Below are positions 37,283 through 47,314 of a stretch of 64,000 bases of DNA, in pieces. The stretch covers positions 25,959 to 89,958 of the forward strand of contig MVQD01000038.1 of NCBI GenBank assembly GCA_002067095.1, in the 5' to 3' direction. Positions within the stretch are counted from its first letter, which is position 1; each line of letters begins with the position of its first letter. The notes beneath the pieces are model-generated. The model was not told the DNA's origin, did not search any database, and saw nothing but the letters and a program-made list of their open reading frames with translations. Origin of the DNA: Methanoregulaceae archaeon PtaB.Bin056. GTDB taxonomy: Archaea > Halobacteriota > Methanomicrobia > Methanomicrobiales > Methanospirillaceae. The position numbers and the translations under genes are program-made.

Positions 37283-38206
37283 TTACATCCCCCGCATGAT
37301 AATGAATCCAGCGAGTGCGATGACAAGGAACTGCCCGTCTGAGACCACATCGCAGATGAAACCATCATAGTCGGTTCGGCCAATGGCGAGGATGCAGGCC
37401 TGGGAATAGAGGAGGGAGAAGGTGATCACTACCAGAAAGCCTGCAGAAAGGAGACCTGCCGCGAGAATTACAAGGATGATCCCTGACAGGAGGTTGAACG
37501 CGGAGAGAAGCGTTCGGGTACCTTCAACACCACAGAGGACCGGGATCGTCAGCACACCCGTTGTGGCATCACCAGCCCTGTCCCTCACGTCGGGAATGAC
37601 GGATGCAATGAAGGTCCAGCAGAAGATGAAGATGAATACAAGAAGTGATGCAGATCCTGCTTCGATGCCAAGCATCGTCACCGGCAGGAGTGAAAAAGTG
37701 AACCCCCAGGCGAATGAGACCACGAGGTTCTTGCAGACAGGGATCTCTTTCAGGCGCCGGTAGCCTGATGCGCCGGGAAGAAACGGCAGGCTGTAGACTC
37801 CCCCTGCAAAAAGGGGAAGAATTGCGACACCAAGGGCTGCGATCCCTGAACCTGCGGCGATGCAGAGGGCAGCCGCATACGCGGCAACAGCCATTATAAG
37901 GAGCGGCCGGGAGAAGGAGCTCGTGATCCTGTGGCGACTGGCATGGTTGAGCGCATCCTCTGCCTCGTCCGTCTTCCGGTTCAGGTTATACACCGAAAAG
38001 ACCACGAGGCCGAGTGTCGTGGCGACCGGAAGGGAGAGACCCGACCCCTGTATGAGGCAGGAGATGTAGGCCATTCCTACCGCCGCTGCGCCAAGGTAGA
38101 GAGAGCTGTAAAGGAAGAATTCCCAGGTTTTTTCGAGAAATTCAAGCCAGGAGCGCCTTTCATGCGGTGCCGGAACTTCACGGGGATATGAGAGAGCATA
38201 TTCCAT
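37283..38206 (-). CDS. UbiA-family prenyltransferase
   Basis: 307-aa polytopic ORF with the Asp-rich motif NRKTDEAEDALN after TM2. Substrate not assignable by eye. Confidence 0.7.
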   Translation of the reverse strand: MEYALSYPREVPAPHERRSWLEFLEKTWEFFLYSSLYLGAAAVGMAYISCLIQGSGLSLPVATTLGLVVFSVYNLNRKTDEAEDALNHASRHRITSSFSRPLLIMAVAAYAAALCIAAGSGIAALGVAILPLFAGGVYSLPFLPGASGYRRLKEIPVCKNLVVSFAWGFTFSLLPVTMLGIEAGSASLLVFIFIFCWTFIASVIPDVRDRAGDATTGVLTIPVLCGVEGTRTLLSAFNLLSGIILVILAAGLLSAGFLVVITFSLLYSQACILAIGRTDYDGFICDVVSDGQFLVIALAGFIIMRGM

Positions 38207-38358
38207 GAGGAAAAGAATAGCCCAAGAGATTCACATTCATTGTGATGATGAATATTCATCGCTGCGATGAATATGAAACCCCGTGATAAATATGGGCCCC
38301 TACACCCAACAGACTCACTGGAGCCAGGGTTCTCTGGAGAGAGTATGCTTCGCCGATC

Positions 38359-38907
38359 GTGCAGGAAGAACCAGACACTACCAACTTCTGCGGGGAGTAT
38401 ACTCATGACTTCAGCCTCCCCTTCACCAATGGCAAGGAATTCCGGGATTGGGGGGACACACCGGTGAATGGACGGTGCGATTCCCGGATGGGGGAGATCC
38501 TGCTCCAGTTTCTCCTTGCGTACCAGGTCATTTCACATTCTGATCTCGCGTGCCAGGTGGATTTCTTCAGGCAGTTCCTCGCGTCATTCGATATTGTCGT
38601 CCAGGATGTAGATATGCATATCCTGGAGAGGACCAACCTCGGAGGGGAGGAGGTTACAATCGGCTCATTTTATCTGAATTTCAAGAGAGAAGGGCATTTT
38701 TCGGGGGAGAACGTCCTGGCACAGGGATTGTATACGGTCCGTTGCAGCGAAAGCGAGACCTGGGTGAAATTTACTTCCCGGACCTACCAGTTCAAAGTAC
38801 ACCTGAAGGGACACTCCCCGCCTTCTGCCACCCTTTCCCATGAGGGGAGGATCATGGAAATAGGCCCCATCACGATTGACCCCGCACAAGATCTCACAAT
38901 TACATAG
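38359..38907 (+). CDS. hypothetical protein (start uncertain)
   Basis: 182-aa ORF with no recognised motif. An alternative start is MGEILLQF at 38488. Confidence 0.45.
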   Translation: MQEEPDTTNFCGEYTHDFSLPFTNGKEFRDWGDTPVNGRCDSRMGEILLQFLLAYQVISHSDLACQVDFFRQFLASFDIVVQDVDMHILERTNLGGEEVTIGSFYLNFKREGHFSGENVLAQGLYTVRCSESETWVKFTSRTYQFKVHLKGHSPPSATLSHEGRIMEIGPITIDPAQDLTIT

Positions 38908-38958
38908 CGCGGGCCGGGATATGACCGGGCGTTCCCGAAGGTCCTTTGGCCATCCTCA

Positions 38959-39822
38959 ATGCATTTATCCGGAATGGACAATATCCACTCCTTTGGTGCA
39001 ATGATCTCAAGAGAACTCCTCCCGGGACTTCTCCCCGATGAAAAGGCAAAGGGTGTCTCATTCGGGTTCCAGGTCGTCGGCGACATTGCCGTGCTTTCCC
39101 TCCCGCCGGAACTGCATGACCTCAGGTTCCATCTCGCGCGCGAAGTCCTCTCACGTCATCGGAATATCCGCACAGTCGCGAGCAGGGCCCAGATCCCCAG
39201 GGGTGATCTCCGGGTTGCGGATATCGAGGTCCTGGCGGGTGGGGGGACAACCACGGTGTGCAGGGAGTACGGGTTCTCCTATCGTCTCGACATAAAGGAG
39301 ACATTCTTTTCACCGAGGCTCGCATCAGAGCGTTGCCGGGTATGGATGCAGGTAAAACCACTAGAAGAGGTGATAGTCCCGTTTGCGGGAGTCGGGCCTT
39401 TCGTGATCCCGCCCGCCTCCCGCGGTGCGATCGTGACCGCGGTTGAGAAAAACCCTGCGGCATGCAGGTTTCTTTGGGAGAATGCAATCCTCAACAATGT
39501 CTGGCAACGGGTCGTCATCCACGAAGGTGACATAAGGGAGATCCTCCCAGGTCTCCCTGCAAAGTTTGACCGGGCTATCGTTCCGGCGCCATATGGATAC
39601 GACCAGGTGCTCTTCTCCCTCCTCCCGCATGTCAGGGAAGGCGCGATGGTCCACTTTTACACATTCAAGCGTGCATCCCAGGTCCCTGCCCTCACAAAGG
39701 AGTATGAAGACGCAGGCCTCCAGGTGCGCCTGGTCAGGCGTTGCGGGTACGTGGCGCCGGGAGTGGCACGATACGTCTTTGACATGCTGAAGCAGAAGAG
39801 CAGGAGTTCTCCCCGGCAGTGA
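38959..39822 (+). CDS. trm5: tRNA (guanine37-N1)-methyltransferase Trm5/Taw22 family (Met-10+ like)
   Basis: FQVVGDIAVLSLP, the VPFAGVGPFVIPPA SAM motif, and the EKNPAA (NPxx) catalytic motif. Confidence 0.8.
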   Translation: MHLSGMDNIHSFGAMISRELLPGLLPDEKAKGVSFGFQVVGDIAVLSLPPELHDLRFHLAREVLSRHRNIRTVASRAQIPRGDLRVADIEVLAGGGTTTVCREYGFSYRLDIKETFFSPRLASERCRVWMQVKPLEEVIVPFAGVGPFVIPPASRGAIVTAVEKNPAACRFLWENAILNNVWQRVVIHEGDIREILPGLPAKFDRAIVPAPYGYDQVLFSLLPHVREGAMVHFYTFKRASQVPALTKEYEDAGLQVRLVRRCGYVAPGVARYVFDMLKQKSRSSPRQ

Positions 39823-39900
39823 TGTGCCGGGAGGATGCCCAGGAACCAAAAAAAATTCCCAGAAGATCCAGCCGGATTCCTGCATACATACAATTATGCG

Positions 39901-40893
39901 ATGAGAATGGAAGAGTGCAGAGCTATGAAACAGCCAAACCCCGTTCAGGCAATTGTCTTTCTTATCCTCTTTCTGGTGGGACTCTGGGCAGCGTACTCGC
40001 TCTATACCTTCACGGGTCAGGTACTTTTTATCGGGATTGCGCTCGTGGCACTGGTGATTGCCCTTTCCCTTGCCGCCGCACTCCAGATAGCCAACCAGTG
40101 GGAAAAAGCGGTCGTGCTTAGGCTCGGGAAATACAAGGGGCTCTATGGCCCCGGCGTGTTTGTCATCACCCCGCTTGTCGAAAGCGTCGCGTACTGGATA
40201 GATACCCGGATCATTACTACTTCATTTACAGCGGAAAAGACCCTCACGAAGGACACCGTTCCTGTCGATGTCGAGGCAGTCCTCTTCTGGAAAGTGGTTG
40301 ACCCGCAGCGGGCAGCACTCGAGGTCGAGGACTACAGGACAGCCGTGAGCTGGGCCGCCCAGACTGCGCTTCGCGAGGTGATCGGGAGGTCAAACCTTGC
40401 GGAGATGCTGGAAGGAAGGGAGAAACTTGACCTCGAGCTCCAGAGGATTATAGAGAGCCGTGCCGAGCACTGGGGCATCCACGTCTCGTCGGTGGAGATA
40501 CGGGACGTGCTCATACCTGCTGAACTCCAGGACGCGATGTCGATGCAGGCACAGGCTGAACGAGAACGCCAGGCAAGAGTCATCCTCGGGGATTCCGAGC
40601 GGCAGGTGGCCGAAAAATTCGAGGAAGCGGCCAGGACCTACCAGGACAACCCGACTGCCCTCCACCTCAGGGCGATGAACATGCTCTACGAAGGCCTCAA
40701 GGAGAAGGCAACCCTTGTCATTGTGCCGGCTTCAGTCTTAGATACCATGACTCTCGGGGACACGTCGGGGATAATCTCTCTCTCGCGGCAGCTCCAGGAC
40801 CAGGCGGTGGCAAGAGGCCAGCGGGAGAAGAGACGCGACCCTGCCGGGAAAAAACCGGAAGAAAAGGACGAGGCCGTTGAGAGGGCGCAATAA
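39901..40893 (+). CDS. SPFH/band-7 (stomatin-like) protein
   Basis: An N-terminal TM hairpin is followed by LTKDTVPVDVEAVLFWKVVDPQRAALEVEDY and EAERERQARVI. Start options are 39835, 39901 and 39925. Confidence 0.85.
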   Translation: MRMEECRAMKQPNPVQAIVFLILFLVGLWAAYSLYTFTGQVLFIGIALVALVIALSLAAALQIANQWEKAVVLRLGKYKGLYGPGVFVITPLVESVAYWIDTRIITTSFTAEKTLTKDTVPVDVEAVLFWKVVDPQRAALEVEDYRTAVSWAAQTALREVIGRSNLAEMLEGREKLDLELQRIIESRAEHWGIHVSSVEIRDVLIPAELQDAMSMQAQAERERQARVILGDSERQVAEKFEEAARTYQDNPTALHLRAMNMLYEGLKEKATLVIVPASVLDTMTLGDTSGIISLSRQLQDQAVARGQREKRRDPAGKKPEEKDEAVERAQ

Positions 40894-41003
40894 GCAGCCA
40901 TCTCTTACCTGATGATTCCCCCGGCTCCTCCCTTTCCTGACTCACACCGAAAGAACGCGTTACCGGGGAGACTCTGCTCCATTTTCACAAACCCGGGATG
41001 CCC

Positions 41004-41384
41004 TCATTCCAGTGACAAGAGGATCGCCTTCCGGAAGAGCATCTCCGGGGCCCTTATGCACCGAGCTCCCCGCTCATCCCGCACTACCTCCACGGCAGAG
41101 ACAAAGGCCTGGCACCTGGATGAGTGGCAGATGAACTGCGCCCGGTCGCACTCGCGGAGCAGGTCTTCGAGAGGGCGTCCGTTGAGCATGAACCCCGTGT
41201 CATCCGTGGATGCGTCCTGGACGTCAGGCGTACTGCCGGTTATTACCGCGATGCCATCCCGTTCCAGAACCGGCTTGACAGAAGAGAGGAGTTCGAGGAA
41301 AGAGAGGCCCGAATCACTGCAGACCGCGCAGGGCCGGGGTTCACCGGTGCGGGGCGTCCGCGTCACCGTGAGTGTCCTTGACAT
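41004..41384 (-). CDS. DUF2703-like thioredoxin-fold protein (tentative)
   Basis: 126 aa. The N-terminal CAVC, central GFMLNGRPLEDLL, and later C..C resemble the DUF2703 layout as I remember it. Not verified. Confidence 0.45.
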   Translation of the reverse strand: MSRTLTVTRTPRTGEPRPCAVCSDSGLSFLELLSSVKPVLERDGIAVITGSTPDVQDASTDDTGFMLNGRPLEDLLRECDRAQFICHSSRCQAFVSAVEVVRDERGARCIRAPEMLFRKAILLSLE

Positions 41385-41582
41385 CAGGACAACCCCTGCG
41401 CCACGTGATCAACCCGGGAAACGGATGGGATCCCTTTCTCCGGCAGGGAAAAAAACCTCCCGCACAGAAAGTGTCTCGTTCCGCAAGCGCTTCGCCGGCA
41501 TTCCAGGCATTGCATGATATCAGAGATCAACGGGTCGTTGAATATCAAGGTTTGAGGGAAATTGAGTGGTTGAACCTGGCAC

Positions 41583-42035
41583 TCACCTTTCAAGGAGTTC
41601 GATATGGGCATCTGCCTTCTTGCAGAGATCAGGCATCCCCTGGAGGTCCGCGATGTCCCGGATCGCCTCGAGGACATGGACCGAGTCCTCGAGAAAGGAG
41701 AGGATGTCCGCAGGGTAGAGGTCGATGCCATACTCCTCGTGAAGGAACTGGGCGATCTGGCGGTGGTCCAGTCCATTCTCCCGGAGTTCCAGGATCTCCC
41801 GGGAGAACTTCTTCTCCGGGCAGCCGCACAAGGGAGCGTCACGGCAGGTGCAACGCAGGAAGGAGTGGATGAAGTTGAGGATCTGCTGGTGAAGCGTGTG
41901 GTCAAGACGGCCGAAATCGAGGCGTGAAGAGATTGCCTCAAGGGTGGCGCCATGGAATGCCTGGTCAGGGAGCCGATAGCCTGCCAGGCGTTCCAGTTTG
42001 CGGGAGTGACGGAACCGGGCTTTCTGGGCGATCAC
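41583..42035 (-). CDS. conserved archaeal hypothetical protein, CxC-x5-CxC metal site plus HTH-like C-terminus
   Basis: 150 aa. The GTG start overlaps the upstream stop (GTGA). It contains FLRCTCRDAPLCGCPEKKF, then ILELRENGLDHRQIAQFLHEEYGI. Confidence 0.6.
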   Translation of the reverse strand: MIAQKARFRHSRKLERLAGYRLPDQAFHGATLEAISSRLDFGRLDHTLHQQILNFIHSFLRCTCRDAPLCGCPEKKFSREILELRENGLDHRQIAQFLHEEYGIDLYPADILSFLEDSVHVLEAIRDIADLQGMPDLCKKADAHIELLER

Positions 42036-42670
42036 GTCTCTCCGGCCTCTTCGTCAAAGTTTTTCAGGGAAGAGACGGCTTCTGCCATGCTCTCGACCTC
42101 GATAAGCCACTCGTCAAAGAGCGTGGGCTGCTCGATGTCGTCTTTTACGTATTTCGCGCAGCAGGAGGCACCGTTGATCACGTTTGCCGCGATATCTGCG
42201 GCGATGTCAAGCGCCTTCTCCATGTCGGATTCGATGATCTTCCTTCCATCTTTGACGAGCGCCTTGATATCCGTCTTATACTCGCCTTCCAAAAACTTCC
42301 GGCATCCTGCAAAGAGCACCAGGAGCGAGAGCTGCAGGGACTCGACGTACTCCTCCAGGTCGTCCTTCGGGGACTCCCCCATGACGATGGCCTCGACCGC
42401 ATTCAGCTTATCGAGCGCCTCCTCCTTTGTATACCGCCCGTTCTGGAAGAGCCTGATGATCTTCAAGACCGAGAGGGTGATGTCCATCGAGAAGTTGTAG
42501 AGGGTTGTGTACCCGTCAGGCATCTCCTCGCTGTCCGGGCCGGCTTCAAAGTTCGCCTCTCTCAGGGTGTTGATCCAGTTGTCCCACCGCTCCTGGTTAT
42601 AGAAGATATAGAACAATTTGAGCGGCTCTTCGGCACTTGCCGCCTTCTCCTTCTTTTTTGCCATTGTCAT
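42032..42670 (-). CDS. conserved archaeal hypothetical protein (possibly DUF2150)
   Basis: The start is taken at MTMAKKKEK (42670). It is an acidic helical protein. The track start at 42772 adds an implausible extension. Confidence 0.6.
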   Translation of the reverse strand: MTMAKKKEKAASAEEPLKLFYIFYNQERWDNWINTLREANFEAGPDSEEMPDGYTTLYNFSMDITLSVLKIIRLFQNGRYTKEEALDKLNAVEAIVMGESPKDDLEEYVESLQLSLLVLFAGCRKFLEGEYKTDIKALVKDGRKIIESDMEKALDIAADIAANVINGASCCAKYVKDDIEQPTLFDEWLIEVESMAEAVSSLKNFDEEAGET

Positions 42671-42832
42671 ACAGGTTTTCTCCTGTATGATAAAGGTGTA
42701 TCGGAATACTACAGGGATGTCTCCCCACGAATCGTCGCGGGAAGTCCGGCAATCGGAAGGGCGAATATGCAAACCCCCACCCTGACTCCCGCTGGCAAGA
42801 GGACTGGCGTCTCTCTCTCCCGCAGGAGAGAA

Positions 42833-43421
42833 TCAGACCACACGCAGCAGGCGTGCCGACTTTCTCATCTCGCGGATGGTTGCAGCTATCCCCTCGATAT
42901 GAAAGAGCATCCGGGAGATCGTGCTGCCGGCAGCGCTCTTTCCGGGGGAACTACGGATGATATGCTGGTGAAAGTGCCGCGAAATCTCAACACGCAGTCT
43001 CGTCAACGGAACGCATGGAAGCGTCTATTGTGTCAGAAATATCGGGAAATGCGTCCCGGAGTATACCGACATTCCGCTCGCATGATGAAAGGATGTCCTT
43101 TTGTATCAGCACTGAATCCGGGGGAAGCTTCAGACCGCGCTCCTGGTTCTGGAGCAGGATATCAGAAAAGTCCCCGGCTTCATCCGCCAACACTCTTCCA
43201 TGGCTCGAGATACGGAGCAGCACTGCATAATAGGCTGCATCGCCCCTATCCAAGTCCCTACTGGACATTTCGAGGATTGCGTCAGCGATCTGGTCGTCCA
43301 GGTAATGGGCGTACTCCTGAAGCTGCTGCACCCTCTGGAAAGACCCCACGGGAGTATCGACGAGGTGATTGCAAAAATGAGTTCCCAGGAGATCATCGCT
43401 GAAGCCTCCCGCCAGGGTCAC
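42833..43421 (-). pseudogene. PhoU-like two-repeat protein gene, apparently frameshifted
   Basis: The 144-aa ORF 42987..43421 contains one PhoU-like repeat (AYYAVLLRISSHGRVLADEAGDFSDILL). A second repeat-like segment (ISRMLFHIEGIAATIREMRKSARLLRVV-stop at 42833) continues in a different frame directly downstream. Confidence 0.4.
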
Positions 43422-43530
43422 TTTTAGGAAGGCAGAACGGATATTGTGCTGTACGGATTGCCTGGCCGGGCAAAAAAGAGATCAACGGGGGCCGGCGCTG
43501 TGCATGGGGCAGGAGCCGTTCCATGGCGCC

Positions 43531-44415
43531 TCATTTGGTTCCGGGTCCGAAACGTTTCAGTACCAATACAGGGACATCGGAATTCCGCGCCACGTGCATG
43601 GTAGTGCTCCCAAGGAAATTTTTGATAAACCCACTCTTCCCTGCGGATTTCAGGACTATGAGGGAGACATCATTCTCCCGGGCATGCCTGATGATCTCTT
43701 CTGCCGCATCCCCCTCGCAGACGGTTGCCCGGACAGGGATATGGAGGCTTGAATACTCATCACGGAGTGCCTTGAGCCTTGTCCAGGCGTCACTTGAATG
43801 GAGGTGGACTTCTTCCCTGGATTCACCCGTGCCAACCACGTGGAGGAGGGTCACCCGGGATGCAGGGGGAAGCTCCGCCTTGCAGAGCGCAACAATGTCG
43901 GGTGCGGAGAAGTCCGTGCAGATCAGCAGGTGGGAGAAGAGGGGGAGGGCTCCTCCGGGCCCCTGCGTCCCCGGTTCCCGGGCCTGCGGGGCATGTACAA
44001 GGAGGAGGTCGCGGTCACCGTACCGGAGTACGTCGGATGCGACACTGCCGAGAAGGAGCGCCTCGATGACACCCATCCCTCTCCTTCCCATCACGACAAG
44101 CGACGCGCGTTCTTCTGCCGCGACGCGGTTCACCACGTCAGAAATGTAACCGCCGGAGATCGCCTCGATCCGGGTGCGAATGGACAACCCTTCCCAGTCG
44201 ATGGATCCCGCGTACTCTTCAAGGCGCAGGCGGGCATAATCGACCGATGGATCCATTGTTCCGGTATCCGTTTTTGGGTGCTTGGCATAAACGACATGGA
44301 GAAGCACCACCCGGGAAACACCCGGGATCTGTCTCAGGCACTCTGTCGCATGCCGGGAATCGGCTGAGAAGTCAAACGGGACGAGGACGTTTTCATACAT
44401 GTCTGAGACTCCCAA
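43531..44415 (-). CDS. universal stress protein, tandem UspA domains
   Basis: Two copies of the YENVLVPFDFS / LLICTDFS ... VVMGRRG / LIVLKSAG ... GS pattern. Confidence 0.85.
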   Translation of the reverse strand: MGVSDMYENVLVPFDFSADSRHATECLRQIPGVSRVVLLHVVYAKHPKTDTGTMDPSVDYARLRLEEYAGSIDWEGLSIRTRIEAISGGYISDVVNRVAAEERASLVVMGRRGMGVIEALLLGSVASDVLRYGDRDLLLVHAPQAREPGTQGPGGALPLFSHLLICTDFSAPDIVALCKAELPPASRVTLLHVVGTGESREEVHLHSSDAWTRLKALRDEYSSLHIPVRATVCEGDAAEEIIRHARENDVSLIVLKSAGKSGFIKNFLGSTTMHVARNSDVPVLVLKRFGPGTK

Positions 44416-44733
44416 TATGTTCTGAAAGGTTGACCACCTCTCGCCTCCTCCAGGAAATTGGCCTGGTATTTTTAAAATTCCTTCTCATGGCCCTTTCTTT
44501 TTCTATTGCTTGGGTTTCGGTGGATTTAACATTTACCAGTTCCCCGGAACCCTCTGTAAGGGCAGAATCCCATTGGTTTTTGTCAGAGGATGCGAATAGA
44601 CACCTCCACTTTTCCTGAACCATTCCTCTTGCAGGGGAATTCATCCTCCGCATCTCCCTTTTTTATGAACCACCACATCCAATGTACAGGAAGAATGGTT
44701 CACCCTGCGTCATCTCAAAAGGAGCAGGTTGTC

Positions 44734-45897
44734 ATGCTCCGTTACGGCGAGATATTCCTCAAGAGCGAGCCGGTTAAGCGGCATTTTGTAGGAACCCTCC
44801 TCAGGAACTGCGCAAGAGCGCTCGATGCCGCAGGGGTTTCTCACCGGGCCGAGGTGCATCGCGGGCGGGTCATCCTCCATGGTACGCACCCGGGAACCAT
44901 TGCATCGGTGGTGTCCCGCCTCTTTGGTGTGGTGGACGTGTCGGTCTGCACCCTGACACCACCAGAACTTTCAGCGTTGAGGGATGCGGCGGTCGCACTG
45001 GCCTGCGAAAAACTCGGGCCCGGGAGGCGGTTTGCGGTCCGTGCGCGTCGGCAGGGGGTTGAAGGAATTACCAGCCAGGAACTCGGGGCGGCGTTGGGAG
45101 CCTCGATCCTCGACGCCGTTTCCGGAGCGACTGTTGACCTCAAAAACCCCGATTACGAGATATTTGCAGAACTCCGCGATTTCGGCGGACTCGTGTACGA
45201 TACCCGCATTCCTGCACCAGGGGGTCTCCCATGGGGTACGCAGGGCAGGGTCCTCTCGCTTCTCTCATCCGGTATCGATTCGCCGGTTGCCACCTGGCTT
45301 ATGATGAGGAGGGGGTGTGAGGTTGACGCGTTGCATGTGGCGTCCGGGGTATTCGCCGGATCTGACGTCCGGGCAACAACGCTTCGCCACCTCTGCGTGC
45401 TCTCATCATGGTGTGCCGGGTTTCCCATCACACTCTATCTCGCGGATTCCGGGGATTTCTACGAGACACTGGTGCAGCAGGCAGAACCGCGTTTCCGCTG
45501 CGTAATCTGCAAGCGGTTCATGGTGCGCCTTGGCAGCAGGCTTGCGGCACGCGACGGGTATCTTGCGCTCTGCACCGGAGACAGCATAGGGCAGGTTGCA
45601 TCCCAGACCATGGTCAACCTGGCGGTGGTCTCGGAGGCAGCATTGGTCCCCCTCATCCGACCCCTGGTAGCCTTTGACAAGCAGGAGGCCGTTGACCTTG
45701 CGAAGAAGATCGGCACCTTCGAGCGGGAACCGGGCGATCTTTCGTGTTCGGCGGTCCCCAGGATTCCGGCCACCGCATCACGACTCGATGAGATACGTGC
45801 AATAGAGGAGGAGATAGGCCTCGATACCCATGTCTCCGCGGTTCTTGAAAATCTGCGGGTATACCGTGCACTCAACGGCACTCTTGTTGAGGTGTGA
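44734..45897 (+). CDS. thiI: tRNA 4-thiouridine sulfurtransferase ThiI (THUMP + PP-loop)
   Basis: MLRYGEIFLKS N-terminus and the PP-loop LSSGIDSPVATWLMMRRG. The ATG at 44734 is preceded by AAAAGGAG. The track start at 44590 is likely too long. Confidence 0.88.
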   Translation: MLRYGEIFLKSEPVKRHFVGTLLRNCARALDAAGVSHRAEVHRGRVILHGTHPGTIASVVSRLFGVVDVSVCTLTPPELSALRDAAVALACEKLGPGRRFAVRARRQGVEGITSQELGAALGASILDAVSGATVDLKNPDYEIFAELRDFGGLVYDTRIPAPGGLPWGTQGRVLSLLSSGIDSPVATWLMMRRGCEVDALHVASGVFAGSDVRATTLRHLCVLSSWCAGFPITLYLADSGDFYETLVQQAEPRFRCVICKRFMVRLGSRLAARDGYLALCTGDSIGQVASQTMVNLAVVSEAALVPLIRPLVAFDKQEAVDLAKKIGTFEREPGDLSCSAVPRIPATASRLDEIRAIEEEIGLDTHVSAVLENLRVYRALNGTLVEV

Positions 45898-45916
45898 TAT
45901 CTCCCAAGGTCACACC

Positions 45917-47200
45917 TCAGCCGGGGCTTCCTGTCGCATTCAGGGTTTCGTTTGCGATGAGTGGGGCAGGGCGTACCCCGATATAGGAACAATACCCGTC
46001 AGTACATGCGATTGCCCCGGCTACCTGTGCGAAGAAGAGGCGCTGACGGTTTCCCGGATCTATGAGCCAGGCATCGATTGCCTGGCGCTCGATCCCCGGA
46101 GTATATCCCGTCCACTGCCCGTAGAGTGTCTCGAGGAGGGTCTCGTTCTCGGAGAACCCATGCCACCGCTTCAGCGCCAGCGCCGACGATCCCGTCTGGG
46201 GATTGGTATAATTGAGGTACCTGAAATCTGCCATGTCCTCTGAACGGGCGAGTGCGAGCGAGTATGCCCGCCTGTCGTAGGCAATGGGCAGCATCCCCTC
46301 GGCAACGCGGAAACGGTTGAGATAGATTATCGCCTGCTGGCTGTCTTCCGGGGTGGAATTTTTCTTGACGGTCTCCATGGTGACGAGGTGCGCCCATCCC
46401 CCCACCAGCGTGATCACCCCCTGCAGGGCATTTGCTGCTGCCACTTTGGCGCCTGGAAACGTGACCACAATGAATACGCCGACAGTAAATACCCCGAATA
46501 TGATGAGGAGGACGATCAGGGTGGTCCGGGAGACAAGCGGCCTTTTCATTCTCCGTGAAGCAGGAACAAGCGCACTCTCTTCCTCAAAGGAGTATTCCTT
46601 GAGCCCAAGTCCCTCGACAATGGCATCCATGTCCTGGATACGCAACGTGTAGCCGGATTCAAGGAAGCGCATCTTCTGGATGAGGTCATCGGCGGTGACG
46701 ATGCGGAACCACTTCACCTTTCGAAAGTCGATCTGTCCCTCCGCATAGGTGCTCCCGCGGCAGAAATAGAGCCAGGAACCCAATTTTCTTAAGTTCTTCT
46801 CGCCGATGTGCGGGAAATGCTGTCTGCAGATTGGTATCAGCCGGTCGATGAAGTCCTGCCGGTGTATCTTGGCCTGGAGAAAGAGGTTGGGGAGGGGAAT
46901 TGGGCCGTCCTTTGTCTTTGCCACCCAGTTACCGTTCTCGACACCCGCGATCTCGCCGCTGAATGCCTTCAGGTCAAGGATGAGCGGTCCGTTTTTGGTA
47001 AGGATGACACAGTCTATCTGTCCGTTTGCGACGAGAACCCCGGTGAGAAGATATACGGGCTCCGCTGGATACTCCCTGCGAAGGATCTCGACGATCTCGC
47101 GAAGTTGGGAAAATTCATGCTCGTACTTGATCTTCTGCCCCTGGAAAAACCGGATCCCCATAGCCCGTCCCTTGTTGCTGTATGGTATGAATAACTCCAA
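45917..47200 (-). CDS. NERD-domain protein with a central TM helix and C-terminal CAP/SCP-like domain
   Basis: The N-terminus (YEHEFSQLREIVEILR...GQIDCVILTKNGPLILDLK) is NERD-like. The TM helix is TTLIVLLIIFGVFTVGVFIVVTF. The C-terminus has AIDAWLIDPGNRQRLF, which resembles the CAP SPGHRxNIL motif. Confidence 0.65.
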   Translation of the reverse strand: MELFIPYSNKGRAMGIRFFQGQKIKYEHEFSQLREIVEILRREYPAEPVYLLTGVLVANGQIDCVILTKNGPLILDLKAFSGEIAGVENGNWVAKTKDGPIPLPNLFLQAKIHRQDFIDRLIPICRQHFPHIGEKNLRKLGSWLYFCRGSTYAEGQIDFRKVKWFRIVTADDLIQKMRFLESGYTLRIQDMDAIVEGLGLKEYSFEEESALVPASRRMKRPLVSRTTLIVLLIIFGVFTVGVFIVVTFPGAKVAAANALQGVITLVGGWAHLVTMETVKKNSTPEDSQQAIIYLNRFRVAEGMLPIAYDRRAYSLALARSEDMADFRYLNYTNPQTGSSALALKRWHGFSENETLLETLYGQWTGYTPGIERQAIDAWLIDPGNRQRLFFAQVAGAIACTDGYCSYIGVRPAPLIANETLNATGSPG

Positions 47201-47314
47201 TCACTGATATTGGCCCTCATTTTTGATATAGCTTGCCAGAATGGATTGCCGGAACAGGTGATGGAGTCGGGGAATTGATAACCATGTCCCGCCTATCCAC
47301 ATTCTAGGATTCAC

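Noticed and set aside
41924-43402. 492-aa + strand ORF, the longest + ORF in this region
   Set aside because: It runs antisense across three separate minus-strand genes (41583-42035, 42032-42670 and the PhoU-like gene) and the gaps between them. Its composition (R/G/P/L-rich, no motifs) is typical of GC-rich antisense frames.
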